Assembly: GCA_904063045.1 (NCBI GenBank)
Contig: CAJFCJ010000029.1
Location: 310,001-374,000 of the forward strand
Origin: Dimorphilus gyrociliatus
Taxonomy: Eukaryota > Animalia > Annelida
DNA length: 64,000 bases
Direction: 5' to 3'
How positions within the stretch are numbered: the first letter of the stretch is position 1; each line of letters opens with the position of its first letter. The notes under the pieces were generated by a model that saw only the letters and a program-made list of their open reading frames with translations, had not been told where the DNA came from and made no database searches. Positions 62,304-64,000 of the stretch are shown piece after piece. Position numbers and translations under genes: made by a program.

Positions 62304-64000
62304 TCAATAAAACAAGTGACGGCAACTAGCCAGGGAAGGTCGTCTAATTATTTATAGATAAAAATGTCTTTCCGTCAATTGTTTAGTGTCTATTTTTGAA
62401 TCGTCTTACGTTGACAACGGCGTAAATAAAATTTCTACTTTTTTTTATTATCAGCGACAGTGTATTTTTACACTTACCGATCTGCTATCGGTACATTTAT
62501 AGGCCTATATTTTTGTCAATTTGAAAAAGAAAGTGTTTGTTAAGACAGTGAACTTTGGGAAATGTATAGCTTCTTTCAGGCCTTTAACTGATCGACATTC
62601 AAAATTAATAGATTTGGAGTAAAATTAGACAATATTACCAATTATTAATATTTCATGTATTTAATATTTTCTAAAGCAAATGAAATCTAAGAGACCTTTA
62701 TCAAATATAATCTATAACCTTTTGCATTCCTCTTGTCAGTGCTTCCTTTCTAAATAAACGGCAGTTAAAATTTACGATACGTGGTGCCATCTGGCGTCTA
62801 GCAGTTGTAAGCTTTTAGAGAGGAGGAAATGACAAGAAATTAATGGACTAGGCTATTGTACTAGTAGAAGTGTGCGCTTTATGCCAGACAACCCCAGATA
62901 ACCCGATAAAAAACCCGGGTATTCTTCTTGGTAGTACAACAATGTGAATTCTTCAATAGTGCCAGCTGTATAGAAAAGACTCATCGTAATGGCTGAATAG
63001 AGAAAAGAGATAGATGGGTCGCGTGGCTATTTGAAAAGGGAAAAAGTGTTCCGCGACATTAAATTACTCAAATGTTAAAAAAAAAAAACATAATGCCTTT
63101 TTTTGCCAGTGTCGAAAAGGGTACATTACAATTCGTACAGGTGCGTCGATTGCTGTGTACGTTTAAGGCATTGGGGGGTTCAGCCAAAAAATTTATTGAC
63201 AATGGAGAAAAAACAGGTTTTTACTGTATTATTGAACATATAATCGCGTCTATGTAGGTATTTCTTCATACAATTTTCCATTTATTTACACGATAGGTAT
63301 AACGAGCGGTAACAGTGAAAAGGATAAAAGAGATGCTTGTAGAATACAATTTTTAAAACTGCGAACAGCTTTTAAAGAGATGAAATTGTTCTATTCTTAG
63401 CGATTTCCTGTTCTTCATTCAGATATTTTTTTTGGACATAAAAAAGGGTTAAATTCAGTCGGAAAAAAAGATAAGCGTGTGCCTGGTGTAGATATAAAAA
63501 ATACAATAAACACATAAGAAATTGCTTAAATAGTCTAATAAAGAATAAAAGGTTACTTTTTTTTTTATTTAACCAGTTTCTTTTCTAAATTTTTTCTTTT
63601 ACTTCTGAGTGCGTAGTTGTATAACGATTATACATGACAGTCTAATACGAGTCTATAGACGACATTAAAGAATTCCTCCAAGGCGATGAAGTAATGCTGC
63701 ACAAAGCGATTATGTAATAAAGCAATAACGCACACAGTATAATTCGAATTTAAACACGTTCGCATGTTTAATGAATAAAGCGTTTTCGACACAAAGTTCT
63801 CTCTCTTATATACGCCACCATTCATCCGTGATCAATGTATATTTATAAAGCTAAAACTATTAATCTATGCGGTATCTTTGATCTAAAAAGAAGCTTTAGC
63901 TGGCAAATACGGCGCTCGATCGTTCCTGACCTTTGATATTTTATTAATATGCATTATTCCCGAGTCCCACGCGCCTGCCCGACACGCGAGAGTTTCTTTT

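Noticed and set aside
1-64000. Transposons, tRNA/rRNA, CRISPR arrays, prokaryotic systems
   Set aside because: No transposase or RT ORF, terminal repeats, cloverleaf or spacer-repeat array seen; the window is spliceosomal-intron animal DNA.

Overview
Eukaryotic, AT-rich, very compact animal DNA with introns as short as ~50-100 nt. The genes look spiralian; a miniaturised annelid such as Dimorphilus is plausible, but this is inference only. I reconstructed nine protein-coding genes exon by exon, with phases checked by hand: an HCN channel (+), a KSR-like pseudokinase (-), a cGMP-dependent protein kinase PKG-I (+), an RP2/XRP2 homologue (-), an alpha7-group nicotinic ACh receptor subunit (-), LRP5/6 (-), a TM-less 3-repeat mini-protocadherin (+), a 7-EC delta-type protocadherin (+) and an ELF/E74-type ETS factor (-). 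No transposon, rRNA, tRNA or CRISPR array could be supported. The main signal is invisible in the ORF track: seven pairs of alternative exons in three neighbouring neural genes within ~22 kb, of which six are duplicated internal exons and one is a pair of alternative first exons. HCN has one pair (S5). The nAChR has two (loop D; loop C/M1/start of M2). PKG has four: I-alpha-like versus I-beta-like first exons, a CNB-A exon, a CNB-B exon (one copy lacks the cGMP-binding Glu) and a kinase G-loop exon, giving up to 16 isoforms. Other signals are a strongly over-represented CTCF-like motif (YAGATGGCG), an Arg-finger-to-Lys RP2, and a pseudokinase more degenerate than KSR.
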